The position numbers and the translations under genes were made by a program. Below the pieces are notes generated by a model. It was given only the letters and a program-made list of their open reading frames with translations, did not search any database and had not been told where the DNA came from. Of a DNA stretch of 30,319 nucleotides, positions 11,950-23,410 are shown piece by piece (position 1 is the first letter of the stretch; each line of letters begins with the position of its first letter). The stretch comes from an uncultured delta proteobacterium (GTDB taxonomy: Bacteria; Myxococcota; Myxococcia; Myxococcales; Myxococcaceae): NCBI GenBank assembly GCA_963771175.1, contig CAVYSY010000041.1, positions 1-30,319 of the forward strand, in the 5' to 3' direction.

Positions 11950-12121
11950 AGTGCTCCCCTCGAGATCGTCCTCGTCTTCGCACGGCAAAACGGCATTCAG
12001 GGAGATTCGGAATGGATTGCCCGACTTAAGGCACAGCGTGTCATCTCAGGCAGCTCATGCAGCGCCGAAGATGTAGTCGAACTGACGATTGTCTGGCGAA
12101 GTTAGCGCCGAACCTCCGCGG

Positions 12122-12198
12122 CTACAGTCTCCATTCGTCCTGAAAGTCTCGCGCCGTCATGATCGCTATTCCCGAAACTGAACCCAGCTCGAGAAGAT
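12122..12198 (-). pseudogene. Possible C-terminal remnant of a PIN-family toxin
   Basis: HLLELGSVSGIAIMTARDFQDEWRL* resembles the C-terminus of PIN toxins (DxHLLxLxxxxGIxIxTPxEF). Confidence 0.35.
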
Positions 12199-12480
12199 GT
12201 TCCCCCAAGCAGGTGAGGAGGAGGCGAGCGTGGCGCTTGAAGCAGCGGGCAGGAAGGAGCGGATGAAGGAGAGGCCGTCGGGAGTGGACTGGGCGGAGGT
12301 GCTCAGGAGGACGTTCGACTTCGACGTATTCGCCTGCGTGAGGTGTGGAGGCCGGCGGCGGCTCTTGGCGTACGTGAAGCAAGCGGGAGCAGTGCGAGCT
12401 ATTCTGGAGCACCTGGGCTTGCCCACGGCAGGTGCCAGCCTGACCCCGGCGCCAGCGCCACTAAGGCCGCGTGGTGTTGA
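12197..12480 (+). mobile_element. IS91-family transposase C-terminal remnant
   Basis: VDWAEVLRRTFDFDVFACVRCGGRRRLLAYV...VRAILEHLGLP, then AAWC-TGA at 12480 after a frameshift. Confidence 0.8.
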
Positions 12481-12603
12481 GGCCCGCGCCGCCACAGCCA
12501 ACAGGCCCAAGCCCCCTGCTCCCCTGCGCTGCCCCTGCTGGCAGGACGGCCGGGGCCGACGTTGCTCCATGATGCGGCCGACTCGGGCTAACAAGCCCAA
12601 TGG

Positions 12604-13023
<420 letters not shown>

Positions 13024-13580
13024 AGATGCTCATGGGGCTCACCGCCCGGTGGACGACCTGCAGCGGTCGGCCCTCGTCGTTCTGGCTGTTCCAGGCGTAG
13101 TGGAGCGCGTCGGCCACCTGGGCGGCGATGTAGACGGCATGGGCCGGTGCGAGCGTCCTGCCCAGCAGCAGCGCCGTCTCCATGGCCGTCGCCAGGAAGA
13201 GGCCCGGGGTGTGCTCCATCACCACGTAGGGCTCGCCCTGGTGCTCCGCCAGCTCGTACACCTGGGCGATGCCGGGGTGGTGCAGCCGTGTGGCGAGCTG
13301 CACTTCCTCCACGGCTCGCTGGCGGCGCTCGTCCTCGGGCGGCATCTCCACGCGCTTGAGGATGACGAGGCACGGAATGCGCTCCCCGTGCAAGGAGGTG
13401 CGCCGAGTGATGGCCATGGGGTCATGCGCGTCCGCCAGCGGGGCGACGAAGGTGTAGCGGTACTCGGGCCCCTCGAAGAGAAGACCGTCAGGACCCGTGG
13501 GGCGGATGGGGAAAAGGTATCGCCGCGCTCCGGCACGGGGAGGCCGCCGGTCTTCGCTGGAAGCACTACGATCCGAACAC
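13024..13580 (-). pseudogene. Ser/Thr kinase-like N-terminal fragment (HRA in place of HRD), 3'-truncated
   Basis: VILKRV, EEVQLATRLHHPGIAQVYE, YVVMEH, VADALHYA, VVHRAVSPMSI, then an abrupt join to the DHFR fragment. Confidence 0.75.
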
Positions 13581-13589
13581 CCGGTGGCA

Positions 13590-13728
13590 AAGCTCAAGGT
13601 GCAGCGCCACGAGCGCGGCCAGCTCGCCCGGCTGGCGCTGGCGGCTTCAGCGGAAAAAGAAAACCCCGGCTCGCCTGATGGCGGCCGGGGCTTTGCTACA
13701 TCCAGTGGAGGCGGCGGGAATCGAACCC
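13590..13728. repeat. 139-bp direct repeat, tmRNA-proximal copy
   Basis: 134/139 identical to 3280-3418. Confidence 0.93.
13654..13694 (-). terminator. Rho-independent terminator of ssrA (second copy near 3344-3384)
   Basis: Minus strand: CCCCGGC-CGCC-ATCA-GGCG-A-GCCGGGG-TTTTCTTTTT. Confidence 0.85.
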
Positions 13729-14067
13729 TCGTCCGAAAGCCTTCCGTCCTTCGACCCTACGTGCGTAGTCCGCGATTTGTTACGTCCCCCAGACTCCCAC
13801 GGACGGGATTCTGTGAGCCGGTCCTGGATGATCTCACCGCCGAGAGTCCAGGCACCCTCGTCGGCCAGCCCGCATTATGACGGTCCTACCCCACCCCACG
13901 GGCCGAGAGCGGGAGGACCGCGCACTAGGAAACTGCTAGTTAGGCAGCCAGCGCGAGCTCAACGTTGTCGTTGGCTTTTGTGTCTGTGTCAGTGGTTTTA
14001 CGAGCGAACCAACAAGCTCGGCACGCGTCTCGAACTTCCATGCCCCCGTCGAAACCAGGTCGCCCCC
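13706..14067 (-). ncRNA. ssrA: tmRNA; tag peptide ANDNVELALAA* at 13975-13940
   Basis: 5' GGGGGCGACCTGGTTTCGAC, 3' GGGTTCGATTCCCGCCGCCTCCA; acceptor stem with G3-U; tag frame ends LAA-TAA. Confidence 0.97.
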
Positions 14068-14109
14068 TTCGGGCACTTCAACTTCACTCACTTCCTCGTT
14101 GCTGCATTC

Positions 14110-14137
14110 ACCATAACCGCTGACGGGGCCGGGTCAA
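14110..14137 (-). promoter_or_regulatory. Putative sigma70 promoter of ssrA
   Basis: TTGACC-N16-TATGGT about 40 nt upstream of the mature 5' end. Confidence 0.6.
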
Positions 14138-14267
14138 TCCTCCTGACGCCTCGCGATGTCGTTCTCCAACGCCCCCGCTCGATGCCCTCCCGCTCGCGGG
14201 AATAGCAAGTAGGCTGCGCCGTTCCTTGGACCCCCAACGTAGGTGCTTCCACCACCTGAGGACACGC

Positions 14268-15629
14268 ATGCACCGAAGGTTCCTCCCCCTCCTGCTGCTC
14301 CTGCTGGGCACGGCCCTGCCCGCCACCGCCGAGCAGCCAGCCCCCTCCCCCTTCTTCCCCTACCCCATGAAGGTCGACACGCCTGGCGAACGGGCTCACG
14401 GTCGTCCGCGTGCCCTTCAACTCGCCGGGCCTCGTCGCCTACTACACGGTGGTGCGCGTGGGCTCGCGCAACGAGGTGGAGCCGGGCCAGCACCGGCTTC
14501 GCCCACTTCTTCGAGCACATGATGTTCAAGGGCACGAAGAGCTTCCCCGAGGGCGAGCGCGAGAAGGTCATCAGCACGCTCGGCTTCGACGACAACGCCT
14601 TCACCTCCGACGACGTCACCGTCTACCACTCGTACGGCCCCACCGCCGGCCTGCGAGAAGCTGGTGGAGATCGAGGCCGACCGCTTCCGCAACCTCGAGT
14701 ACTCCGAGCCGTCCTTCCAGACCGAGGCCCTCGCCGTGCTCGGCGAGTACCACAAGAACGCCGCCCAGCCGTACCTGAAGATTGAGGAGGAGCTCGGTCG
14801 CACCGCCTTCACCAAGCACACCTACCAGCACACCACGCTCGGCTTCTACGACGACATCAAGGCCATGCCCCAGGCCTACGAGTACAGCCGCAGCCTTCTT
14901 CGAGCGCTGGTACACCCCGGACAACGTCCTGCTCGTCATCGTCGGCGACTTCGACGACGCGCAGCTGATGCAGGCCGTGCGCAAGCACTACGGCCCGTGG
15001 GACCGCAAGAGCGCCATCCCGTCCCCGTGCCCGCCGAGCCGCCGCCAGACGAAGCAGCGCGCCGTCCACATCGACTGGCCCCAGCCCACCCAGCCCCGCC
15101 ACATCTTCGCCTGGCACACGCCGGCCGCGCGGCTCGACACCTCCGACGCCGCCATCCAGACCGTGCTCACCGACTACCTCGTCGGCCCCACCAGCCCGCT
15201 CTACAAGGAGCTCGTGCTGGAGCAAGCAGTTCGCCCAGCAGATTGGCAGCGACTTCTCCATCCACCGCGACCCGCACCTCTTCAGCCTCGTGGCCGTCCT
15301 CAAGGAGGAGGGCCACCGCGCCGCCGTCGCGTCCGCCTTCAATGCCGCCGTGAGCGAGCTCGCCACCGGCAAGGTGGACGCCGCCCGCGTCGAGGCCATC
15401 AAGAGCAACACCCGCTACGGGCTCCTCATGGGCATGGAGACCGCCAAGTCCGTGGCCACCCAGCTCTCCTGGTACGCCGGCATCTACGGCACGCCGGACG
15501 CGCTCGCCCGCCACTACCAGAAGGTCTCCGAGGTGAAGCCGGCCGACCTGATCGACCTTCGCCAAGAAGTACCTCACCGCCGCCAACCGCACCGTCCTCA
15601 CCCTCACGCCGGCCGGAGGCAAGAAGTGA
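14268..15629 (+). CDS. M16 family zinc peptidase, catalytic subunit (frameshifted)
   Basis: Signal peptide; VRVGSRNEVE, GFAHFFEHMMFKGT (HXXEH), NAFTSDDVTVY, FFERWYTPDN. Confidence 0.88.
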
Positions 15630-17250
15630 TGCGCTCCTTCATCTCCCTGCTCCCTCGCCCTCTCCGCCGCGCTGTGCCTCGGCGCCTGCGCCACCACGCC
15701 CCAGCCCGCTCCCACGGCCGAGGCCCCTCCGCCCCAGGCCCCGCCAGCCGGCGCCGGCCCCCGCCGAGCCCAAGGTCCCGGACACCGTGGCCGCGGTGCC
15801 CCTGAAGCAGCCCGCGCCCCTGCAGGTCGTCGTGCAGGCCAACCCGGCCAACCCCATCGTCAGCTTCCGGCTCGTCTTCCACACCGGCTCGGTGGATGAC
15901 CCGAAGGGCAAGGAGGGCCTCACCTCCCTCACCGCCGACGTGCTCTCCGAGGGTGGCACGCAGAGCCTCACCTCCGCCCAGCTGCTCGAGGCCCTCTTCC
16001 CCATGGCCGCCGAGCTGAGCGCCACCGCCGACAAGGAGTTCACCGTCTTCGCCGGCCGCGTCCACAAGGACTTACCTGCCGCGCTTCCTCGACATCTTCA
16101 CCGACGTGCTCCTCGCAGCCCCGCCTCTCGACGCCCAGGAGTTCGAGCGGCTCCGCGCCCGCGCCCTCAGCGACGTGCGCAACGAGCTGCGCAGCGAGAA
16201 CGACGAGGCGCTCGGCAAGGTGGCGCTCGACGCGCTCCTCTTCGCAGGGCCACCCCTACGCACACTTCGTGGGCGGCACCGAGAAGGGGCTCGAGTCGCA
16301 TCACCCTGGACGACGTGAAGGCCCACGCCGCGCGCGTCTTCACCCAGGACCGGCTCGTCATCGGCCTCGCGCGGCCCGGTGGACGACGCACTCGCAGAAG
16401 ACCGTCGTCTCGCGCCTGTCCGCGCTCCCGGCCACCGGCGCCCCGCGCGTGGAGCTGCCTCCCGTGCCCGCCACCGGGGGCCGCGCCGTCGTGGTGCAGA
16501 AGCCCACCCTCTCCACCGCCGTCTCCATCGGCTACGTCACGTCCCTGCGCCGCGGGGACCCGGACTTCTTCCCCGTGGCCTTCGCCCTCTCGTACCTCGG
16601 CGAGCACCGCCAGTCCTCCGGCGTGCTCTTCAACGAGCTGCGCGAGAAGCGCGGCCTCAACTACGGCGACTACGCCTACGCCGAGCACTTCATCGAGGAC
16701 GCCCGGCACCACCTACAACCGCACCAACGTCGCGCGCACCCAGCAGGACATCTCCCTGTGGATCCGCCCGGTGGAGCCCGGCAACGGCATGTTCGCCACC
16801 CGCGGCGCGTGTACTTCCTCGACCGGCTGGTGAAGCAGGGCATCCCCCAGGACAAGTTCGAGCTCAGCCGCGGCTTCCTCACCGGCTACACCCGCCTGTG
16901 GGAGCAGACGGATCAGCGCCGGCTCGGGCTACGCCATCGACTCGCTCTTCTACGGCACGCCCGACTTCCTGGAGCAGTACCGCGCCGCGCTCGCGAAGAT
17001 GACCCCCGAGTCCGTGCAGGCCGCCGTCCGCCGGCAGCTCCGCCCCGAGGCCCTCAACTTCGCCTTCGTCACCCAGGATGCCGACGGGCTCGCGAAGCTG
17101 CTGAAGGAGCAGCCGCCCTCGCCCATCTCCTACGCCTCTCCGAAGTCCCCGGAGCTGCTGACGGAGGACAAGGCCATCATCGCCTGGCCCCTGCCCGTCC
17201 GGGCCGACGCCATCCAGGTCGTGCCCGCGCTGTCCTTCATGGAGAAGTAG
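15629..17250 (+). CDS. M16 family peptidase, non-catalytic partner subunit, lipoprotein (frameshifted)
   Basis: TGATG overlap with the upstream gene; lipobox LGAC; GSVDDPKGKEGLTSLTA without HXXEH; LFNELREKRGLNYG. Confidence 0.85.
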
Positions 17251-17366
17251 CGCACGGCTGTAGTCCGGCCGGGCACTCCCGGGGGTTTTCTTCCACCCCC
17301 CGGGAGCGGGTGGTAAGAGCAACCGGGTCGAGGTCCGATTTCCGGGCCTCTCCCTGGGAGCGGACC

Positions 17367-19110
17367 TTGCGAAGCGCAGCAACCCGACTCGCAGTGGTGT
17401 GCCTGCTCCTGGCTGGCGCCGCGGCGTGGGCGGACCCTGAACCATTCACCCGCGGCTTCGACGCCGTGCCGCTGAAGGCCACGCCCGCGCAGAAGAGCGG
17501 CATCGCCCTCGAGGGCGCCGAGGCCGAGCCCGCCCGGAGTTTCCGGGGCGCCCTGCTCTTCGACTACAACCAAGGCATCCTCGCCCTCAAGCTGGGCGAC
17601 GAGAAGCTGGGGGACCTCATCCCCTACCGGCTCGACGCGCACGCGATCTTCGCGTGGCAGCTCCACCGGCGGCTGGAGCTCGCCGCGGACGTGCCCTTCA
17701 CGCTCGTCCAGGGTGACAACTTCCAGCTCCTGCGCGACGCCCTCAATGCCCCCGACTTCCCCGGCGCCGCCGGCGTGAGCGCCCAGGGCTTTGGCGACGT
17801 GCGGCTGCAGCCCCGCGTCTTCCTCCTGCTGCCCGAGGACTTCCCCGTGGGCGTCGCGCTCTCCGCCGAGGTGCGCCTGCCCACCGGAGATGGCGACAGC
17901 TTCCTCGGCGAGCGGAGGCGTGCTCGTGGCCCCTCGGCTCGCCGTGGAGCGTGCCTTCGGCCCGGTGCGCCTGCTCGGCAACGTGGGCCTGCGCCTGCGT
18001 CGCCCCGCCCAGTACCTCAACCTCTACGTGGGCAACGAGGTGACCCTCGGCGCCGGTGGCATCGTGGAACTGCCCGACATCGGCGGCCTCACCGATGTGC
18101 AGGCCATCGCCGAGATGCACATCGCCACCCCCACCTCCGCCCCCTTCAACTTCAGCCAGGCGGACTCCCTCAAGACTCCCTGGGAGGTGCTCGCCGGTGT
18201 GCGCGCCCGCGTGTACCAGAACTGGGGCCTGGAGCTGGACGTGGGCCGCGGCGTGGCGCTCGGCGGCGGCTACGGCCGCGAGGAGCTGCGCGTCATCCTC
18301 GCCCTCCGCTACGACGAGACGTTCATCGACTCCGACGGCGATGGCGTGCCCGACTCGCGCGACAAGTGCCCCACCGAGGCCGAGGACGCGGACGACTTCA
18401 ACGACTCCGACGGCTGCCCGGACCCGGACAACGATGGCGACGGCATCATCGACGGCCAGGACCAGTGCCCGAACTCCGTTGGCGACAAGGCCCACGGTGG
18501 CTGCGCCGACGCCGATGGCGATGGCGTGCCCGACGGCCAGGACCTCTGCCCCGACAAGGCCGGCCCCGCGGATTATGACGGCTGCCCGGACGCCGACGGT
18601 GACGAGGTGCCCGACAACGTCGACAGGTGCCCCGACGAGTCCGGTCCCCCCGAGAACGATGGCTGCCCCATCGACAACCCGCCGCTCGTCGTCATCGAGT
18701 CGGATCGCATCCGCATCAAGGGCAACATCCTCTTCGAGACAGGCTCCGCCAACATCCAGAAGCAATCGCTCAAGCTGCTCGACGAGGTGGCCGTGGTGCT
18801 GGACCGCAATCCGGAGCTCGGGCCCGTGGTCATCGAGGGCCACACCGACAACGTCGGCTCGGATGCCCTCAACCTGAGCCTGTCCCAGCGGCGTGCCCAG
18901 TCCGTCTTGAACTACCTCGTCTCGAAGGGCATCGACGCCAGCCGACTGCGCGCCAAGGGCTTCGGTGAGTCCAAGCCCATCGCGACCAACGCCACCCCGC
19001 TCGGACGCGCCAAGAACCGCCGCGTCGATTTCCGCCTCATCCGGTCCGAGATCGAGACGCCCGCGCGCACCGTGCCGGCGGACAAGAAGGGCGACACCGG
19101 GAAGCGCTGA
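17367..19110 (+). CDS. OmpA-family outer membrane protein: beta-barrel, thrombospondin type 3 repeats, OmpA domain (frameshift near 17915)
   Basis: GGAG plus TTG at 17367; signal ending AAAWA; DxDGDGVPDxxDxCP repeats; IEGHTDNVG, NLSLSQRRAQSV, GRAKNRRVDF. Confidence 0.88.
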
Positions 19111-19298
19111 GGTGTCCGAGGCGGGCCCTCCCCACCAACGGAGAGGAGGGCGCCCCACCGTCCTCTCCCCTGGCATGCGGGGGAGCGCGAGCGCGGCATT
19201 CGCTTGACGCTCCCCACCCCAGGTGGGACGTTGAAATACGCCCTTGCTCGCGGCGCCCTCGGGCGCGGCGGAGGACGTCCACCTCCGCGGAGACAAGC

Positions 19299-20933
19299 CT
19301 GGCCACGACCCCGCCCCAATTCGTCCTCGAACGCAACCAGCAACTGTCGCGCTCCCTCCTCTGGGGCTGCCAGCGGGCCTTCTACGAGCGGCACGGCATC
19401 GAGGCCTGGCGTCAGGGCATCATCCCGAACTTCATCACCAGCAACCCCGTCATCGCCCGGGCCTATGCCCAGGTGGTGCTCGGCTGGATGCGGGACTGGT
19501 GCGCGGGCTCCCGGGGAGAGGGCGGCCGGCCCTCGGCGCCGGACCCGAGCCAGCCCTTCTACCTCATCGAGCTCGGGACCGGGTCGGGGCGCTTCTCCTT
19601 CCACTTCCTGGAGGCCTTCCGCCGGCTGCATGCGCGCTCCCAGCTCCGGGACGTGGCCTTCCGGTACGTGATGACGGACCTGTCGGAGCGCAACCTCGAG
19701 TTCTGGCTGTCCCATCCCCGGCTCCAGCCCTTCCTGGAGGAGGGCCTGCTGGACGTCGCCCGCTTCGATGCCGAGCACGATGAGCAGCTCGTGCTCCGCC
19801 GGAGTGGCACCGTCCTGGCGCCGGGGACGGTGGGCAACCCGCTGACGCTGGTGGCCAACTACTTCTTCGACAGCCTTCCGCAGGACGCCTTCACCCTGAG
19901 CGACGGCGTCATCCACGAGTGCCTCGTCTCCGTCTCCTCCCCCCAGCCCGAGCCCGAGCTGCCCACGCCGGACCTCCTGGAGCGGGCGACGGTGACCTTC
20001 GAGGACCACCCGGTGGAGGGCGCCCGCTATGGGGACCCGGAGCTGGACGGCATCCTGGAGCACTACCGGGAGCGGCTGGACGACACGACGGTCCTGTTTC
20101 CCTCCGGCGTGCTGCGGTGCCTCCGCCGGCTCCAACGGCTCACGGGGGACCGCCTGCTGCTGCTCTCCGGGGACAAGGGCCATGCCAGCGAGGACGAGCT
20201 GCAGGAGCGCTACGCCGGCGTGAGTCTGGTGCGGCACGGGGGGGCCTTCTCGCTGATGGTGAACTATGACGCCATCGGCCAGTACTTCCGCCTTCGGGAC
20301 GGCCAGGTCCTCCGTCCCATCCACCGCCACGCCAGCCTGCACGTGGGGGCCTTCATCCTGGGCCAGCCGCCGGACGGCATTGGGGAGACGGAGCTGGCCT
20401 ACGAAGAGTCCATCGAGTGGATGGGGCCAGACGACTACTACATCCTCACGAAGCGGCTGGAGCAGCACTTCGCGGCGATGACGCTGGAGGAGCTCCTGGC
20501 CACCCTGCGCTGGAGCGGCTGGGACTCCGGCACGCTGATGGATGCCTTCTCCGCGTTGATGGCCCAGGTCGAGTCCGCGAGCGACGCGCTGCAGCAAGAG
20601 GTGTGCTGGGCCCTCCAGCAGGTGTGGGAGACGGACTATCCCATCGGCGAGGAGGAGGCGGACCTGGCCTTCCACCTGGGGCTGCTGTTCTACGCGATGA
20701 GCCGCCCCGTGGAGGCCATGACGTTCTTCGACCACTCGCTGCGGAGGTGCGCGGACGAGTCTGGCACGTACTACAACAAGGGGATGTGCCACATCCGCCT
20801 GGGGCAGGACGCACAAGCGCGGGAGTGCTTCGAGAAGGCGCTGGCCCTGACCCCCGATTTCAGCCAGCCCCGGGAGATGCTCTCCGAGATGCAGTCCCCC
20901 GGCTGGCGCCAGGGGCCGGAGGAGGACGTATAG
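19299..20933 (+). CDS. SAM-dependent methyltransferase (MidA/NDUFAF7-like) with C-terminal TPR
   Basis: YLIELGTGSGRF motif I, YVMTD, VANYFFDSLPQD; C-terminal TPR-like helices; protein-like in-frame sequence extends upstream of 19473. Confidence 0.75.
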   Translation: MATTPPQFVLERNQQLSRSLLWGCQRAFYERHGIEAWRQGIIPNFITSNPVIARAYAQVVLGWMRDWCAGSRGEGGRPSAPDPSQPFYLIELGTGSGRFSFHFLEAFRRLHARSQLRDVAFRYVMTDLSERNLEFWLSHPRLQPFLEEGLLDVARFDAEHDEQLVLRRSGTVLAPGTVGNPLTLVANYFFDSLPQDAFTLSDGVIHECLVSVSSPQPEPELPTPDLLERATVTFEDHPVEGARYGDPELDGILEHYRERLDDTTVLFPSGVLRCLRRLQRLTGDRLLLLSGDKGHASEDELQERYAGVSLVRHGGAFSLMVNYDAIGQYFRLRDGQVLRPIHRHASLHVGAFILGQPPDGIGETELAYEESIEWMGPDDYYILTKRLEQHFAAMTLEELLATLRWSGWDSGTLMDAFSALMAQVESASDALQQEVCWALQQVWETDYPIGEEEADLAFHLGLLFYAMSRPVEAMTFFDHSLRRCADESGTYYNKGMCHIRLGQDAQARECFEKALALTPDFSQPREMLSEMQSPGWRQGPEEDV

Positions 20934-20966
20934 TGGGGGACCCTCCTCCCCTACCCCGGAGTTGCG

Positions 20967-22283
20967 ATGTCGAAGAGTCCCCGTCTGGCCCCCCAGGGCC
21001 AGAGTCACCAGGACGTCCTCGCCCACATGCGCGAGCTGCGCGCCGAGGATGCCCGCTGGCAGGAAGGGCGCACGTGGAGCCTCGTCTACAACGCGGGCGA
21101 GGACATCCGCCGGCTGCTCGCCGAGGCCTACACGGAGTTCATGTCCGAGAACGGACTCAGCCCGCTGGCCTTCCCCAGTCTGCGCCGCTTCGAGGCCGAG
21201 GTGCTCGCCATCGGTGCGGAGCTCTTCCACGGTGACACCGCCGCCGGGACGATGACGTCCGGGGGCACCGAGTCCATCCTCATGGCCGTCAAGACGGCCC
21301 GTGACTTCGCTCGCGCCGAGCGCGGCATCACCGAGCCGGAGATGGTGCTGCCCGCCTCCGTGCACCCGGCCTTCCAGAAGGCCGCCCACTACTTCGGGGT
21401 GAAGGCCATCAACGTCCCGCTCGCCCCGGACTTCCGCGCGGACGTGGAGGCCATGCGCGCCGCCGTCGGCCCGCGCACCGTGCTCGTCGTCGGCTCGGCT
21501 CCCGCCTACCCGCACGGGGTGATGGACCCCATCGCCGAGCTCGCCGCCATGGCCAGCGAGAAGGGCGTCCTCTTCCACGTGGATGCCTGCCTCGGTGGCT
21601 TCCTGCTGCCCTTCGCCAAACGGCTCGGGCATGAGCTGCCCGACTTCGACTTCGCCGTGCCCGGCGTCACCAGCCTCTCGGCGGACCTGCACAAGTACGG
21701 CTACGCCGCCAAGGGCGCCTCGCTCATCCTCTACCGCACACCCGAGCTGCGCCGGCACCAGTTCTTCACCTACTCGGACTGGTGCGGCGGCATCTACGCC
21801 TCGCCCTCCATGGCGGGCACCCGTCCCGGCGGTGCCATCGCCGCGGCCTGGGCCATCCTCAAGTACCTCGGTGAGGAGGGCTACCTGAAGCTGAGCCGCA
21901 CCGTGCTGGACACCGCGCGCACCCTGCGCGAGGGCATCTCCGCCATCCCCGGGCTGAAGCTCCTCGGGCAGCCCCGGCTCAGCGTCTTCTCCTTCTCCTC
22001 GGACACCCTGGACGTCTACGCGCTGGGGGATGCCATGGAGGCGCGCGGCTGGAAGCTGGATCGGCAGATGGGGCCGCCCGCGCTGCACCTGATGGTGACG
22101 CCCGTCCACGCGACGGTGGCCGAGCCCTTCCTCGCGGACCTGCGCGCGTGCGCCGCCAGCCTCGCCTCGGGTGAGCCCGCCCCGGACGGCAGCGCCGCCA
22201 TGTACGGCATGCTCGGCGCCATCCCCGACCGCAAGGAAGCGGACGACTTCATTCGCCAGTTCATGGACGCGATCTACGAATGA
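20967..22283 (+). CDS. Sphingosine-1-phosphate lyase-like PLP enzyme
   Basis: TSGGTESILMAVK, HPAFQKAAHYF, HVDACLGGF, SADLHKYGYAAKGAS (PLP lysine), YASPSMAGTRPG. Confidence 0.85.
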   Translation: MSKSPRLAPQGQSHQDVLAHMRELRAEDARWQEGRTWSLVYNAGEDIRRLLAEAYTEFMSENGLSPLAFPSLRRFEAEVLAIGAELFHGDTAAGTMTSGGTESILMAVKTARDFARAERGITEPEMVLPASVHPAFQKAAHYFGVKAINVPLAPDFRADVEAMRAAVGPRTVLVVGSAPAYPHGVMDPIAELAAMASEKGVLFHVDACLGGFLLPFAKRLGHELPDFDFAVPGVTSLSADLHKYGYAAKGASLILYRTPELRRHQFFTYSDWCGGIYASPSMAGTRPGGAIAAAWAILKYLGEEGYLKLSRTVLDTARTLREGISAIPGLKLLGQPRLSVFSFSSDTLDVYALGDAMEARGWKLDRQMGPPALHLMVTPVHATVAEPFLADLRACAASLASGEPAPDGSAAMYGMLGAIPDRKEADDFIRQFMDAIYE

Positions 22284-23410
22284 CGGGGACAGCGCAGGCA
22301 CTCGTCCTGGTGGGCTTCCCGGGGCTCGCCCTGCTCGCCGCGCGCTACCTCAAGCCGGTGGCCTGGGTGGGCCCGGTGGTGGTGTGCTACGCAGTCGGCA
22401 TCGCCCTGGGCAACATGCCGGGGCTGGCGCTCCAGACCTCGGTGAGCCTCTCGGTGAGCGAGGTCGCCGTGCCCCTCGCCATCCCCCTGCTCCTCTTCGC
22501 CACGGACGTGCCCCGGTGGCTGCGGCTGGCGCGCTCCACGCTGCTGTCCTTCGGCCTGGCATGCGTGTCCGCCATGGTGAGCGCCACGCTCGTGGGCCTC
22601 GCGTTCGCGGACCGCTCGGACGAGTGGTGGAAGATGTCCGGCATGTTGGTGGGCGTCTACACGGGCGGCACCGCCAACATGAACGCCGTCGGGCTGGCAC
22701 TGCGCGTCCGCGAGGAGACCTTCGTCCTCCTCAACACCGCGGACATCGTCGTCTCCAGCGCCTATCTCCTCTTCCTGGTGACGGTGGCGCAGCGGATCGC
22801 CCTCGCCTTCCTGCCGCGCTTCCCGAACTCCACCGGCTGGGATGAAGCAACGGACGAGGAGGCGCGACAAGCCTCGGCCCTCACCTGGGCTCGGGCGCGC
22901 GGCATGGCGCTGGCCTTCCTGCTGGCTGCCGCCATCGTCGGCCTGTCCGCTGGAGGGACAAAGCTGGTGCTGGGCAGTCTGGAGGCGCCGGTGGTGTTGC
23001 TGCTCATCACCTCGCTGGCACTGGCCGCATCCCTGGTCCCGGCCGTGCGGTACCTGCCGGGCAGCTACGCACTGGGAGACTATGCGCTGCTCGTCTTCTG
23101 CGTGGCCGTGGGCACGCTCGCGGACGCGAGCAAGTTGCACGAGACGGGCCTCTTCGTCTTCCAGTTCTGCGGTGCCGTGGTGGTGCTGTCCGTGGTGCTG
23201 CACTTCGCCCTCGCCGCGCTCTTCCGCATCGACGCGGACACGGTCCTCATCACCTCCACCGCCACCATCTTCGGACCCGCCTTCATCGGCCCGGTGGCCC
23301 GCGCGCTGCGCAACCGCGAGCTGCTCGTATCTGGACTCACCACGGGCCTCATGGGCTTCGCGGTGGGGACCTACCTCGGACTGGCCGTGGCGTGGATGCT
23401 GCGGCCCTGA
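22280..23410 (+). CDS. DUF819-like polytopic membrane protein (putative transporter)
   Basis: About 10-11 hydrophobic segments; GVYTGGTANMNAV, ITSTATIFGPAF, GFAVGTYLG; ATGA overlap with the lyase. Confidence 0.75.
   Translation: MTGTAQALVLVGFPGLALLAARYLKPVAWVGPVVVCYAVGIALGNMPGLALQTSVSLSVSEVAVPLAIPLLLFATDVPRWLRLARSTLLSFGLACVSAMVSATLVGLAFADRSDEWWKMSGMLVGVYTGGTANMNAVGLALRVREETFVLLNTADIVVSSAYLLFLVTVAQRIALAFLPRFPNSTGWDEATDEEARQASALTWARARGMALAFLLAAAIVGLSAGGTKLVLGSLEAPVVLLLITSLALAASLVPAVRYLPGSYALGDYALLVFCVAVGTLADASKLHETGLFVFQFCGAVVVLSVVLHFALAALFRIDADTVLITSTATIFGPAFIGPVARALRNRELLVSGLTTGLMGFAVGTYLGLAVAWMLRP

Noticed and set aside
17367..19110. Naming the OmpA/TSP3 gene traB
   Set aside because: No traA upstream, and myxobacteria have several paralogues with this architecture.
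18912..22301. 1129-aa minus-strand ORF and other long overlapping ORFs (3754-6861 +, 1315-2733 +, 9099-10139 -)
   Set aside because: Shadow or alternative frames of recognisable genes in high-GC DNA; no family motifs of their own beyond frameshifted pieces of the real genes.
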